A stretch of 55,063 nucleotides of DNA, counting the filler, from Sphacelaria rigidula (taxonomy: Eukaryota), in assembly GCA_964200075.2 (NCBI GenBank). It is 3 parts of 3 records of this genome, joined end to end, with 100 filler letters (N's around TTAATTAATTAA, not from the genome) between each part and the next. Parts side by side here need not be neighbours in the genome. Positions count along the whole stretch, not along the records: positions 1 to 18,296 come from CAXNAA020000883.1; positions 18,397 to 36,688 come from CAXNAA020000884.1; 1 more part is not named here. One strand, given 5' to 3'. Positions 10,954-23,544 of this stretch are shown piece after piece. A model generated the notes under the pieces. The model ran no database searches, was not told the origin of the DNA, and saw only the letters and a program-made list of their open reading frames with translations. A program made the translations under genes and the position numbers. The stretch's first letter is position 1, and every line of letters begins with the position of its first letter.

Positions 10954-13900
10954 CCGTGACACCCGTGGTCATGCGGGAAGAGCTGCGACCTCCCCAAAAC
11001 GGGAACAGGTACTCAGAGAGCGCATCTCGCACTTTTTGTGCAAAATACTTGGAGTACAAGAAGCCTGTGGAGCGCACTAATGCAGGGGGTGTCGGGCGGT
11101 ATCAGGTGGTGACAATGGCTCAACAAGTGCCAACTCATGTACAGAGAGTGTTCGACATAATGAGAGCACTATCACCCCGCCACAATTGGTTGCGGCGATC
11201 AAAAAGCATGCTGGGCGTGCGGCGGGCGCCGAGGTAGGTCTGACCCAAGCGTTCGCGGCGGTGGCGAAAGCTGTCGCCATGCATTCTCGGGGGGAAACGA
11301 TGTTGGAGCGGGTGGAGTCCATTCTGGCCAGTTTGGAGAAGTACTTCACGGAAAATCTGAACATGGAACTATTTTATCGTTCCCCCGATGGTGAGTTCAT
11401 TCCCGACCCGGCTGCAGTAATCATTAAGGCTTTGGTGGAGGGGTCGGCACCGGAAAAATTAAGCAAGCCGTGCTTATCAAGCTGCAGCAACAAACAGACT
11501 GGAAGGCCGACCCATACCTGGTGATGAGTACCGTCGTGGCCGAGGCCAAGGAGTGGTAGAAAATAGAGGTGTTCGACTAGTCGTCCACCTCTTCGCCGGA
11601 ATCTTTGCGCAACCATGGCTCGAAATCGGCCGGTCGCGCCGCGAGTATTACTTGCCACCGCTGTGGTCAGGTCGACCATTTCGCGCGCGATTGCCCAACG
11701 TCCTCCGGTGGAGAGTCTGGGCAGTCTAGCGCCGCGCGCCATCAGCATCATCAGCACAAGAGCAAAAGACGAGGTAATCGTGGTGGCGGCGACGGATCCT
11801 CCGGCGATGGAGGGTCGTAGGCGAGCCCTCAGCAGCAGCAGGGGCAGCGGCGTCAGCATGGGCCTGGCTCTGGGCCCGGCGCCGCCGTAGGTGCTGCTGC
11901 TCCGCAACGGGCGGTGCAGGTGGGTCCGACTTCTACAGAGTCGAACACTGCGCCGGCGCCGGTGGTGACGTCGGCGGCGACACCGACAGCAGCACCAGGC
12001 GCGACGCTTGTTGACGCGCTGGTCGGAGGGTCGCCAAATTCTTGGTTTGCTGGCTGGGGGGCGTACCCGCCGGCGGTGCCGTTTGAACCTGCCGGGACAT
12101 CTTCGTCTGCGCAGCTTGCGCAGCTGTGGCGTCAAGTGGGATTAGCGGCGCATAGGTCGGCGGAAGAAGTTCTCGTGGAGCTTACCGACAGATACATTCC
12201 TGCGGAGTTATGTCCTTAAAATCAACGGCAGCGTGGAGCCATTGTGGTTTGATCCGTGTTGGATTCTGGCGCCCATTTCACTAGTCTGCCGGTGCAGATC
12301 GTTGAGGTGCTGGAGCGTCAACTCCCGGGTGTGCCGCTGTGCATCCCGTTTTCGCTCGGGGCGCGGCAGGCAGTCACCGCGTCGGGTCAGCATGTTGCCG
12401 TCACGGAGCGCACTGTTCCGTTGCAGCTACATTTCAAGACTGCTCGGGGGCTGGCGCCGTTGCCTCCGCTTTCGTTTGCGATTATGCCAGGGTCGGATGA
12501 CGTTGTTCTTCTGGGGCTGCCGACGCTACAGGATCTAGGAGTCGACCCGTATGAGCAGTTGAAGGACTCCATCAAGACGCGGATGTCTCGGCCTGGTCCG
12601 CGCGTGGAAACGCCCGCCTTTTTGGGCAGTCGTCGCGTGAGCTTGTCGGTGGATACGTTTCAGGAGGCTGGGGGGCAGGTGACCGAGGAGCGGGATGCAG
12701 CGGTGGAACGCTTAGTAGAGCGCGGCCCGGACATATTCATGGACCCGGCGGAAGAGGAGTCCGCTCGGGAGGTCGCGCTGGACGACAGCGTGACGGATGC
12801 TGTGGTGAAAGGCCTCAGCGTCCCCAAAGCGGAACGCCTGCGCAACTCTTGCATCGCCGCGTCAATGCGTCAACGCGCTTCGTCGTGCGCTGCGGGTTGA
12901 TCCACCGGCGCGCGTGGAGCCCATGCGTGTTCAGCTGAAACCTGGGGCATCCGCGGTGAAGGCGAAGCCGCGGCGGTACAATCCGGTGAAGTCGAGCTGA
13001 TTGGCGTCGTGCATGGCGGCTCTTTTGGCGCTTGGGTTGGTAGTCCGGAACCTGGAGGCGGTATGGTCCAGTCCGGCGATGGCGGTTTCCAAGAAAGACT
13101 CGTTTCGCCTGGTAAGCGACTACAAGGCCGTAAATGATCAGGTTGAGAAGTCGCCGGGTGTGATACCCAATCAAGAGTGGGACATGCGCGATCTCTCAAG
13201 TGCTCGGTTTTTGTCAAGTTGGACCTCCTCCAAGGCTATTGGCAGATGCCGTTGGTGGAGGACGCGCAGGATATTTTCACAATCACGATCCCGTTAGGCT
13301 TGTTTACCCCGAAGCGAGTGCCGCAAGGTGTGTTGAATGCTACGGTATATTTTCAAGGAATCATGACAGAACTGCTTGTCTGCTTGAAATGCAAGATATG
13401 GGTGGATGATGTGCTTTTCCCGTCCAAATCTGTTGTCCGCCAAGCGCAACGAAAAGACCTTGGGGCCAAAGATGCGGGTGTGCAATCTTTCGAGTCGGAC
13501 GTTGGTCCTGCTATCTTTGACAATGAAGGTCTGTTTCGTGTGCATGTGCGTGGCCGGAACGTTTTGTGGACTCCGAGTTCTGACATGCAGTTGCAGGTAC
13601 GTCGAATGATTTGCGCGCACACGTGACGATGGGCATCGTGGTGTGGCTACGACGCTTGTGCATTTCCAAGAGTTTTGTCTCTGGCAGGGGATAGCAACCA
13701 CTGTGCGCGAATTTGTCCGCCAGTGTCTTCACTGTGCTGACTCGAGGGCGGGTGGTGTTGTTCCCCGCCCGCTCGGCGAAACGGTCCATGGGACCGCGCC
13801 GAATGAAGTCGTTCATTTTGACTTCTTGTACATGGGCGAGAGTAGCCCGCTAGGTTCCCATGGTTTGTCGGAGGATGTTGGGTTTTGATACATTTTGGTA

Positions 13901-14910
13901 ATCATGGATGATTTGAGCAACTTCGTGGCTCTGGAGCCAATAGTAGCATGCACTGCTGAATCGACCGCTGCATCTTTGCTGAATTGGTGCAAAACTTCGG
14001 GGGTGCCGCGTGCGTGGGTGAATGATACCGCCACGTATTTCAAGAATACGATCTTGGCCCGATTGCGCGAGGCTTTGCGCGTTGATCACCAGTCTGCGGT
14101 GGCGTATTGTCCGTGGTCTAACGGTACGTGCGAACGCATGGTCAAGGATGTAGTTCGTGCTCTTCGCTCTATTCTTCTCGAGCAGCGTGTAGAGCGGGTT
14201 CCGAGTGGGTGGACGTGTTGCCGGCGGTGCAATGGGCGCTTAATACAGCGTATCGTCGTCGTTACGATAGTACGCCGTACCACGTGATGTTTGGTCGTGC
14301 CCCTCGGACGTCTTTCTCGGTGCTGGCTTCTTCGTCGGCGGGGGAATGGAAGTGTGATGTTCTGGACGGTGTTCAAATTAAGAGTACATTGCAGGGAGTC
14401 GTGAACTTGCGAGAACGCTTCCACGTTCAAGTGCAGGAACGTGTTGCCGCTGAACGTGCGCGTAGACGTGAGGGGTCCTCGTTGGGGGTGGAATTGCCGA
14501 ATTTTGATGTTATCGATTATGTCTTGTCACCACCACCCGCACGTGTTTGAGGTTCAGAAAATTGTTTCAGGGTCGTGTTCAGTCCGCACATGTAGCTCGT
14601 CTGCGTTTTTATGCAGACTCGCAGCTTTATGTTACGGCTGACGTTAAGAACGTGTTTCAGCATGCTTTCAATCAGGGGCAATTTCAGATGGCTAGTATTG
14701 CCCGAGTGGCAGAAGCAGACGATCGTTCGTTGATCGTGTTGGTCGACTGGGTTGGTTTCGAAGTTGAGGAGCGTACGTGGGAGCCTTTCTAAGATATTTT
14801 TGAGGCCGCTCCGAAATTTCTTACAAGACGGTTGCGGAAAATGCGCGTGACTCGTGCCGTTGCTACTCGCATGACGAGTAAGTTTGGTATTCAATTGTGG
14901 CTTACTCATC
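10954..14910 (+). pseudogene. Gypsy gag-pol (PR, partial RT, IN, chromodomain); RT C-terminus and RNase H missing
   Basis: Fragmented ORFs 10956-11820, 12256-12900, 13001-13626, 13643-14550 and 14547-14792. WVDDVLF runs directly into the pre-integrase linker. Confidence 0.9.
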
Positions 14911-14974
14911 GTTTTGGCTTCTTTTATGTGTCAAGCTTGTTGATCGATTTTTGTCCAACGCTCTTTGGGAGTGC

Positions 14975-15234
14975 TGTGACGAAAATACATCGTTACGTTG
15001 AGTTGGTAGTGATGATATGGGTGATGACTGGGGGCACAGGGATTCTGGGGGGTTCTGGATGATGACCGCGGACACGGAGATGGCACTTGAGTGTTTAGAA
15101 AGCTGGTGCCTTGGAAGGTCACTCCGATAATATGAGATGTTGTGAAGGCTGACAACTGAAACCGAGGCCAGTAAGGCTGGGGAGTCCCTAAGCAGCACAG
15201 TGATCCAGCAGTTCTTCCACTGGCTGGCGTCACA
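14975..15234 (+). repeat. Gypsy 3' LTR (260 bp)
   Basis: TGTGACG...CGTCACA, preceded by a short purine-rich GGGAGTGC and followed by the GGCC TSD. Confidence 0.97.
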
Positions 15235-15238
15235 GGCC

Positions 15239-16980
15239 GTGGAACCTATTTTGCAGTATATCGAAACGGTTGGCATTGAAAGCGTGGTACCACCTGCATC
15301 AACGCCCGTTCTAAACAACTTCAGGCAAGCATATTCCTCACTATACGTATCAAAATGGAGAGCAGTCATGTTGGACGAACTCCGTAGCATCCAAGACCAT
15401 CGCGTGGCTGATACCATCTCACCTGGAACAGTTCCACCGTACAACAACATAGTTGGCACGCGATGGATCTCTAGAGTCAAAGCTGAGGGACGATTTAAGG
15501 CTCGACTAGTTGTACAGGGTTGGGCACAACGACACGGCTTCGATTGCGGAAGCAGTTTCGCACCAGTCTGCCGCCTTGAAAGTCAGCGAATCATTCTCGC
15601 GATTGCAACTGCAAAGAACTGGACTGTAATTGCGCTCGATGTTCAAACAGCCTTTTTGAATGTAAAACTACAGGGGACGGTATTCTGCAAGCAGCCACCG
15701 GGCTGTGAGACAACGGACCCTACTACCGGACAACCACATGTGACGCGTTTGCGCCGGGCCCTTTGCGGTCTCCGCCAGACTCCGAATGTATATAGGCCGA
15801 TCGTAGACCCCGAGTTGAGAAAAATCAGCTTCATTGTTACTGCGAGCGACCCCTGCGTCTATACGGGAGGACAGAATGATAAATACGTCATGCTTACGTC
15901 ATTTGTCGATGACATCCTTCTGACCGGACCTTCTATCAAGAGTGTACAATTTTTTCAAGATACACTTAAAGAGTAATTTTCCCTTTCAGAGCTTGGACCA
16001 GTGTATCTTATCCTTAGGATGGAGATAACGAGAGATGTAGAGTGGGGAACACGAAAATTATCTCAGCACAAATACGTCATCTCACTACCTCGAACATTCA
16101 ACATGGAGTCCTGTAATTCAGCACATACGCCTGGGATCACCAATAGTACCCTACCTGCCACGGTGGAACATCTACTGGATTTTCAAGGGATAAAGCAGTA
16201 TTAAGCTACGGTGGAAAGTTTGATGTTTCTATCCCAGTGCACGAGATTCGACAAAACCTTCAGCGCCACCCAGATCGCCCGCTACATGAGTAAACCTACG
16301 ACGGAACACTGTAAAACGTATTTTTCGCTATCTGAAAGGTACACCGGACCTGCCCATCGTCTACCGCTTTTCCCGGAGCAATTTCGAACTAAGAGTTTTC
16401 TGTGACTCTTCATACGGGAACGCTGGTCTTGAAGGACAAATGAGGTCATCGATGGGCACAATATTCTTTCTGACGGGCGGACTCGTACATTTTTCTTCAA
16501 GCTTACAACGGATTACAGCCTCGTCTACAACCAAAGCAGAACTTTTAGCACTGGTGAGAGGAGGAAAAATTGGTACATAGAGCTACCTTTTTAATCTCCT
16601 GCGAGAGCTCGGGTGGTCGTCTATACGCCCCCGAACCATTTCCTTCGACCCCCAGGTAGATCTCCGTCTTTCTTCGAAATCGAACTATCGGAAGGCGAGT
16701 AAACACCTGGCAATCAGTTTCTACAGGCTTAAGGGTCTTATCAATAGCTACCGACCAATTCTTGACCATGTCAGTACTACACGGGTTGCCACTGGGGTGT
16801 CTGCAACCTCAAATTCGGACGTCACAGACCTTGTGCAACGTCTGTAACGTCCAAATTTGAGGTTGCAGGCACCCCAGTAGCCACCCGTGTAGCCGTCCAT
16901 TGGCCGATGTACTTACTAAGTATTGCGAGAACACAACCCATCGACGACTCCTGAACGCAGTCATCGAGTTCGGGAAGTAA
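15239..16980 (+). pseudogene. Copia RT and RNase H (degenerate)
   Basis: Rejoins in frame across the Gypsy insertion (HVPHPSMA|VEPILQYIE). RT motifs lie in 15300-16300 and RNase H ends LADVLTKY...EFGK*. Confidence 0.92.
16780..16889. mobile_element. 110-bp fully palindromic MITE with TA target duplication (Tc1/mariner-type) in Copia RNase H
   Basis: CACGGG...CCCGTG; arms of about 54 bp with about 6 mismatches and a 2-nt loop. TA on both sides; removal restores DHVSTSRPLADVLTKY in frame. Confidence 0.9.
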
Positions 16981-17948
16981 CCCCAACACAGGAGGCAACG
17001 AGAGTGCGTCATTGTCAAGGGTGACGTATCGACATTCGTACGTCAACACTTCAACAAGGCAGAGCTAGGCTATACATCGACGCACATCCCATCACAATTC
17101 TCCGAACACCTTCCCCATCTTCACCTTCACCTACACCTGCCAACAAAACATCGTGCAATACAACTCCATCTTCAACATGAGCGGACAACAAAACAACACG
17201 ATCAGCACCGACAACTTCGGCAACTACCATGGAAGAGCTGACCGCAACACGCGCAGACAAATGATACGCCATGGCGTTAACACCAGCAACAACCGCAACT
17301 CTCGCCAACCGGCGATGAGGAATCATGGTGTGACACCGCGGGCAATAGCTCGCCTTGGCAACATACCGGTTCAAAGATCAACACAAACCATCTCGGGGAC
17401 CACCATCGATTGGGGATTTAGGGAAAGCTATGTACAGCAAGTAGGAGTACCCGGACAAACCTGGAACGCAAGATGGCTAACGACTTACGCGACTACGGAT
17501 GTTTTTATCAGCGTGAACATGCCACCATATTTGATTTCTTCACTACCCTTAAGCAGCTCTACTCTATGTCGGACATCATTTTTTTTCTTGGGTCCGAAAA
17601 TTTTGAATTTGTTTATTAGGGTATGGATGTATAAACAGCCGGATGGTTTCGATGTTCTAGTACTCAGGAGAATCCACACTTGCCTGGTGACCAGATTGAC
17701 TACATTTATCTCACCATCAACACCATACCCCACGAGACTATGTAGGTACGGCGGAGACTTCAGTGTATCTATGGGATCATGAGTCATGAATATGCACTAT
17801 TGATGTATAAGTAACATAGCTAGATTGAGGGTGTTGAGTAACAAAGCTATATGTTATTTGATATTTGCGGAGTATATTGGTGTTGAATGACACGGGAGAG
17901 CTTTTGAGGGTATTTCAGGCTCCGAAATCTTGATGCCATGCAAATGGC

Positions 17949-18296
17949 CTATAGCCTCTGGGCGTACCCAAACTGTGAAGACAGCTGTTGCAGCAACCCC
18001 ATACTTATTGATGTGATTGCTGATCCAGAGTCGAGAAAAACTCGAGCCATAAAAGAACCAACAGAACCGGGTATAGATAGATCAGCACGCAAACATTCTG
18101 CGCTGCGGTCGACAGGCACCACACCTGCCGAAGAAAAACTCTGGTTAGTACCACGAGTCACTTGACGCCAAGGCAGCGCTCCAGCACTTGACATCGATGT
18201 TTTTGCATTCGTCGCAACAGTGGGGGACACACCCGACACAAATCCTGCCGGGCCTATGGGTTGCGAGCTTTCCGCTCCAGCACTCCCCATCAAAGT
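17949..18296 (-). pseudogene. Fragment of a second Ty3/Gypsy element (aspartic protease)
   Basis: ARVFLDSGSAITSISMGLLQQL retropepsin motif, similar to the nested Gypsy protease; cut by the assembly linker. Confidence 0.7.
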
Positions 18297-18396
18297 NNNN
18301 NNNNNNNNNNNNNNNNNNNNNNNNNNNNNNNNNNNNNNNNTTAATTAATTAANNNNNNNNNNNNNNNNNNNNNNNNNNNNNNNNNNNNNNNNNNNN
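18297..18396. other. Assembly linker (N44-TTAATTAATTAA-N44)
   Basis: Exactly 100 nt; the central 12-mer has stops in all six frames. Confidence 0.97.
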
Positions 18397-20063
18397 TGTT
18401 TTACAGTGCCGTTGCCACTCGACGCCAACCCAAGAGTCTAGAGGTGAGGGGGGAGGGGGAGGGGAGGGAGGGGGGGGGGGATGAGAAAAATGCGACGTGA
18501 ACATGTTTTTCGTCGGCTCTTGCCGGTGTGATAGCTTCTTCCTCTCCACGGAGAAAGCAGAGACTGATGCTGCAGCGAGAGTGTATAGGATTGCAGTCCG
18601 TACGACACTAGCATACAGTACACGGTGTATGCTGTATTAAATGCATGTTTCATTCGCGCACTTGGATATCAGTTCTGCATACCCAAGGCAAGTTGATACG
18701 GCAGCTGTGCTTGGATCTTAGAGCGGCGCACCCGCGATTGAGGGGTTGATGGTGGTTATCCTGCATCGCAGCTATCTCTTCGCCTAACGTTAACATCAAT
18801 AGTTTTACAAGGAAGCAATGAAGGCACTATTCCATTGATCATGATTTTGCTCCTAAATCTGCGAGTGTCGTTTGTCTGGTTTTAAAACATTACCTGGTGT
18901 TCACCACGCTCTGTTCGCTGACGCACGGTGGGAGGCCACTGAAAGGCGGGCCAATTCAGCACGCATTGTGTATAACGTACTAGAGGAATCCCTACTCTCC
19001 CACCCGGGAGCGATCCAGAGCGGCTCACACTCCAACACACTTCAACTGAAACGTTTACCAAGTCTTTTCCGTAAGCGATCCTGATCGACACTTTTACAGC
19101 ATGTATTCTGTTCGCACACAGTGACCAACAGCGAAGATTGAAGCTCTTTTATCACTCACGCGTCGCATAAGATCGTGCACGAGGATCTTCATATTATCAA
19201 GTCCGCGCCTAGGGCAACACCCTGAAGTAGCAAGGCAGCTGCCCTTATCATTGCATATTAGCTCAAATTCTGCATACGGCATAGTGCTAAAGATCACGCG
19301 CGCACGGTATGTGCGTTGAATTTGGTGCGTATCATCGTGGTTGTGTAATGAAGAAAGGTATGGACAGGCTCCACACACCTTCCTTGATAGATCAATGTGC
19401 TGCCAGGTTGGTAAGATGCGCAAACGCGCAAGGTGTCCGAGTAAAACAAGCTGCAGATACACACGTGCAGATTCACGTGACTGTTGGTCACAGTAGTAAA
19501 CAAACAAAGGGAGCTCAAAGGCTTGATATCTTTTAATCTCTCACTGATGATTCCCTTGATCATCCAGCACACTCTTCTCACCAAAGATAAACAGTAGGAG
19601 TAGATGGTCCGGCTCGAAGGGTAGCTCAAGAGTGAGCGAGGGTGCATGAGGTATATGCAACGCATCCTATCTGAGCTCGGCCCGAGAAAGCGTTTGCCTC
19701 CTCGGGACCAGGGCATGTCAGCCTGCACACTAATCTTCCCCAGCTAGGATATACCAGCCTGTGCATCAATCTTCCCTAGAACGTAGCCTGTACATCAACC
19801 TTCCCCAGAACTATGGGAGCATTCCCATGGCTGGATCGAGTGATCTGTGAGCCAACCTGCCCCAAAACTGTCTGAAGGAACAAATAACGTCTCTCTATAT
19901 TCCTTCCTCATGATAGTTGTGCCATATTGAATGCCGGGTTTCACAAATTCAGTTTCAAGTGAAACCAAAGTAACTAGTGTGGCGTAGCGGTGGTTGGCTA
20001 CGTGTGGCTTCGCTACGGCACCCGAAATATTTTAAAATCAAATGGTACATGTATCACACACGA

Positions 20064-20600
20064 GACTGATGCCGTGACAGCCCCCCCCAGAGAAGTCGCT
20101 GGTTTGGTGAGGAGGCGAGATCTACATCTAAGTCAAAAAGACGAAAGCCGAGCACACCGAGCAGCTGGGAACTCCCACGCGTGGGATCGTTTCCGCCAAT
20201 GTTGCCAACATGAAGCGCTTCATGCATTCTGAAACCAGCCATCATGCGCTGTATGACCATTTTCTTCGAGACTGTTTTGGGCCTGGTTTGGGGGGGGGCG
20301 TACTCATTTGTTTCTTGCCTTGGTCGTTTAACCATTGACCACGCATCCCTTTCGAGACGGAGCACAGTTTCTAATCCTAATAGAGACACCTTCAACATTC
20401 CGGCGCTCATTACGTTTCTTCCAGACATTGCACAAAAATATTTTATATATCTTATCCCTGCCCTGTTTCGCCCTCTGTGGCTACCATCTATCTCCTAGTA
20501 TAACCATCATTTTATCGCTACTGTCTAATGCATCAAACGATTTCATGCCGCGTTCGTTCACGTCCCGCACTTCCCCCTAAAGCACGCCGCGGCATCACTC
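20064..20600. mobile_element. Composite non-autonomous TIR element (module A + module B)
   Basis: TIRs GACTGATGCCGTGAC / GCCGCGGCATCACTC; perfect 4-bp TSD ACGA (20060-20063, 20601-20604). Confidence 0.75.
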
Positions 20601-21579
20601 ACGAGCGTATCGTCACAGCGTCCACACATACCTTGAAGCCAGTCAATCGGAGCAGTTGAGCCGTGTCGGTATTGTGACGCCGACCGGGAGGCTCGCGGCC
20701 CGCCACCAGCAGAGGACCACGTTCGAACTGACCGTGGCCCACGCACACGCTGGATTCTATCGAAGATTGGGTCTCCGTGCTAGCAAGAGAAAACATTGCT
20801 GTGTCCGTAGTATAGTATATCAAACAGCACCGTATTGTACGGCGTGACGTCCAGTATACTGTTTTTTAGAGAATCAATTATTTGAAAATCTACCGGCAGA
20901 CATATTTTGAAGAACTTCTTAAACTACCACTGCAGTAACGGCGCGAAGAGCAGTCTGTTGCGTCGTTGGAATAGCACAGTAGAACGAACCTCTTGATACT
21001 GATCAGTCCAAAGAAACGTGTTGTAGTGATTCCTAATCGACCCTTGCAGAATCTATCGCCCGAACTGTTACACTTGAGTTATTATCCGCCCATGTACGCT
21101 ACCCGTGCGTAGATGCAACCTACGAGACGAAGATGTTGCAGAACATGAGGGTACCGCGCACAGCTGTACGCTTGGTTTCTGGCGAGGCAGGGTGCTGGAT
21201 CTTGTGAAACGGAAATAAATGCCCCGCGTTCAGACTTATTGACGACTGAGGGTCCCACTTCCGCCTCCACGTCATCTTGCGCCGCATGCCTTACTTCATC
21301 CTTCCACTTTTTCATGTGTCCTCATCTCCTTACTCGCGTTGAACTCGACTTGGCCTGGGCTGAATCCCTCTCTGTTCTCTGCTGCAGCTCCTCCCTCCGG
21401 AAGCGTTGAAGTCGAGGTTTCGAAACGGTACCTGATGTCCCGCACTTGAAGCATGCTCCAATTATTTTGGTGAGATTTGAGGTCGTGTCTTGACCCTTTG
21501 ATCACCTGCGCGTGTCCATTAATGACGATCGTGTTCGCTGGGTAAATTACACTCATGACTCACGCGCGCATAAACACGC

Positions 21580-21836
21580 GAGTCATTCTACGATAGGGGG
21601 GGGGGGGTATTTTGGGCCACTTCTTGCACGAAATTCCGAGTCAAATCGTCGTTCAAAGCAGCAACGGTTGTTCGAACGAGCTTGTTGTGGATAAATAACG
21701 CCCGTCCATACTGCCTGACACCGTTTGAAACCAAATACAAGCGCAACGCAAGTGTGGCAGGTCGTTTGGCACACCTATGAGCCTTTTTTTCGTGCAACCA
21801 AATACCCGCCCCCCTCCCCCTATCGTAGGATGACTC
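21580..21836. mobile_element. MITE, GAG..CTC TIR family
   Basis: TIRs GAGTCATTCTACGATAGGGGG / CCCCCTATCGTAGGATGACTC; TSD ACGC/ACAC. Internal sequence is homologous to 23176-23429 (inverted). Confidence 0.85.
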
Positions 21837-22594
21837 ACACGCTCAAAGGTTTAGATGGAATCTCGACGGGACGACAACAATAACGCTGCCACTCAGACAC
21901 CCCTGCAATTGGTCCCCGCAATAAAAATCCCCCCCCCCCTCAAAAAGCTTCGACGGGTACAGTATGGTTCTTGTAATGGGGATGACAGTCGTAATGGATG
22001 CCCCACGTTGGTTGATCGTCACGGGGATATTGATTGTGCACTAGCTATGACGGTGGTGGTGGGTGCAGTTCACGTTGTCCCTGCCTGTCCTGAGTTTTGA
22101 AGCGGCGCTTCATCCTCGCATGCCTTTGATCTCAACCGTGATCCTTCAGCGTCGCCGTTGTTGAGGTGTACTATTTGCTTCTGTTTTTTGCATTCCCACG
22201 TCACTTTGTTCCCATAGAAAATCCCGTCTCCATTTTTCAAGATCCCGTGCTAACCAGTAATCGAAGAGTGAAATATGGTGGGGAACTGGGAATACTCAAT
22301 ATGCCTCGAACCCTGCAGTGCCTCACACATCTATACGAGAGAGAATCCGCCGCCGTTTCGTAATTTTCGAGTGGCTGAAGGAAAGAGAAGAAAGTACATT
22401 CGGGAGAGGTCTTCATTACCTGAAAATATTCCCGAGGAATGGGCAAAATGGGGTTTGCGTGGTCACCGGATCAATCGTGTTTTCTCTGGTCATCCCCCGA
22501 TCCGGGTGAGTGGTGAACGAATGATATTATGGTAAATTTTCATCCACGTGTTTTCTCGTATGTCCTGATTCTCATGGACAACAAATCAACGCAT

Positions 22595-22963
22595 GTGTTT
22601 GTCTTGTCATCCCATCCACTCTGGGCGCCAGTCTACACCTTCCGGTGTATATGGGCACACCAGCCGGGGTCACACAGAAGGAGGAAGGCCAACATAGAAG
22701 TTTTATTTTTCTTCGTTTGTTTTAGTACTCTACCTCCCTTCCGCGTTGCTTGCCCTTATCTTTTATCGCGAGAGGGGTTCAGCAGTCCGCTTCCCTCGTC
22801 GTCGACCGGGGTCGAATTTTTACGAACCCACAACATAGTCGCCCTCCACTGTTGTTCGGCATGGTATGAGAAAAAATCAAAATCGTGTGTCTGCACCGAG
22901 ATTTAAACCCACCAGGCAACCGTCAGAAGGTTTCGAGGTCCCCAACTGAGTCACCGGGGCGAC
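22595..22963 (-). mobile_element. tRNA-derived SINE (family 1)
   Basis: Head GTCGCCCCGGTGACTCAGTTGG with A-box-like motif and degenerate B box; body about 75-80% similar by eye to 49838-50150. Confidence 0.8.
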
Positions 22964-23175
22964 CACCCTTTCATAGCCTGCTGTGAATTAAGGGGTCCAA
23001 CATCCGGATACGGTATCATCACACTACCGCTGCTATGTTCTTGATTTTGAGTACTGTTGTGCCAGTGATAATGTGCTACTCAAAGTGAACATATATATAC
23101 ATGCTGATAGACCATAGATTGCATAGAGATACTGTTCACCCCCACCCATCCTTCTTGTGTCCTTGCATCCAATAT

Positions 23176-23429
23176 GTGTGCCATGCTACAATGAGCGGGC
23201 GGAGGGTTTTAGATCACAAAAAAAATGTATCATAGGCATTTCAGACGACCTGGTACACTCGCCGTGCGCTTTTATTTGAACAGCTCAGGCAGTGCGAATG
23301 CGTATTTTTTATCGGCAGCCAGCGCGCTTCCAACAACCGTTACTGCTTTCAACCGTTTGAAGTGGAATTCCTTCGAAGAAACGGCCCAAAATACCCCCCC
23401 CGCGCGCGCGGGCTACCGTAACACCACTG
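23176..23429. mobile_element. MITE, same subfamily as 21580-21836 (inverted, older)
   Basis: Right end CTACCGTAACACCACTG; TSD ATAT at 23172-23175 and 23430-23433; internal homology to 21600-21790. Confidence 0.7.
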
Positions 23430-23544
23430 ATATGCTGTACCCGGGCCGTAATCTTCATTATTTGTTACATGAGGATCCCGACAGGTACGCTCTCCATTGT
23501 GGACTTCAGCAATGGCGATAATGTGTACATACAATGCAGTCACA

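Larger units (their letters stand above)
10074..15234 (+). mobile_element. Ty3/Gypsy chromodomain LTR retrotransposon with both LTRs, internally deleted, nested in Copia pol
   Basis: LTRs 10074-10337 and 14975-15234; TSD GGCC at 10070-10073 and 15235-15238. Gag CCHC knuckle CHRCGQVDHFARDC, protease LDSGAHFT, RT (FRLVSDYKAVN, LDLLQGYWQ, VPQGVLNA, WVDD), integrase (H..GH..CLHC, HFDFLY, SNGTCER), chromodomain (LVDWVGFEVEERTWEP). Confidence 0.97.
6177..16980 (+). mobile_element. Degenerate Ty1/Copia LTR retrotransposon interrupted by Gypsy and MITE insertions
   Basis: Domain order: gag (6947-8100, with zinc knuckle WCSLHRSDKHDNSEC), protease (VCDSGASHHY, about 8380), GAG-pre-integrase (WYGRLGH..C..C), integrase (TDLSGP, FTDHYSR, LRSDRGGEY, SERDGRT), RT (RFKARLVVQG, LDVQTAFLN, FVDDILL), RNase H (LADVLTK). 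Many frameshifts and stops. Confidence 0.95.

Noticed and set aside
11374..12135. 253-aa antisense ORF in the Gypsy element
   Set aside because: Shadow ORF of GC-rich gag sequence with no recognisable motifs.
17405..17800. Candidate PPT and 3' LTR of the Copia
   Set aside because: A purine-rich stretch is present but the downstream sequence does not align with 6177-6761.
18341..18352. TTAATTAATTAA palindrome between N runs (also 36733-36744)
   Set aside because: Artificial six-frame-stop contig linker, not biological.
19130..19295. ARQLPLSLHISSNSAYG resembling family-B DNA polymerase motif B (possible viral relic)
   Set aside because: The invariant Lys is absent, spacing is off, and no DxxSLYP or YGDTDS motif is nearby; likely chance. 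BLASTx of 18700-19800 would settle it.
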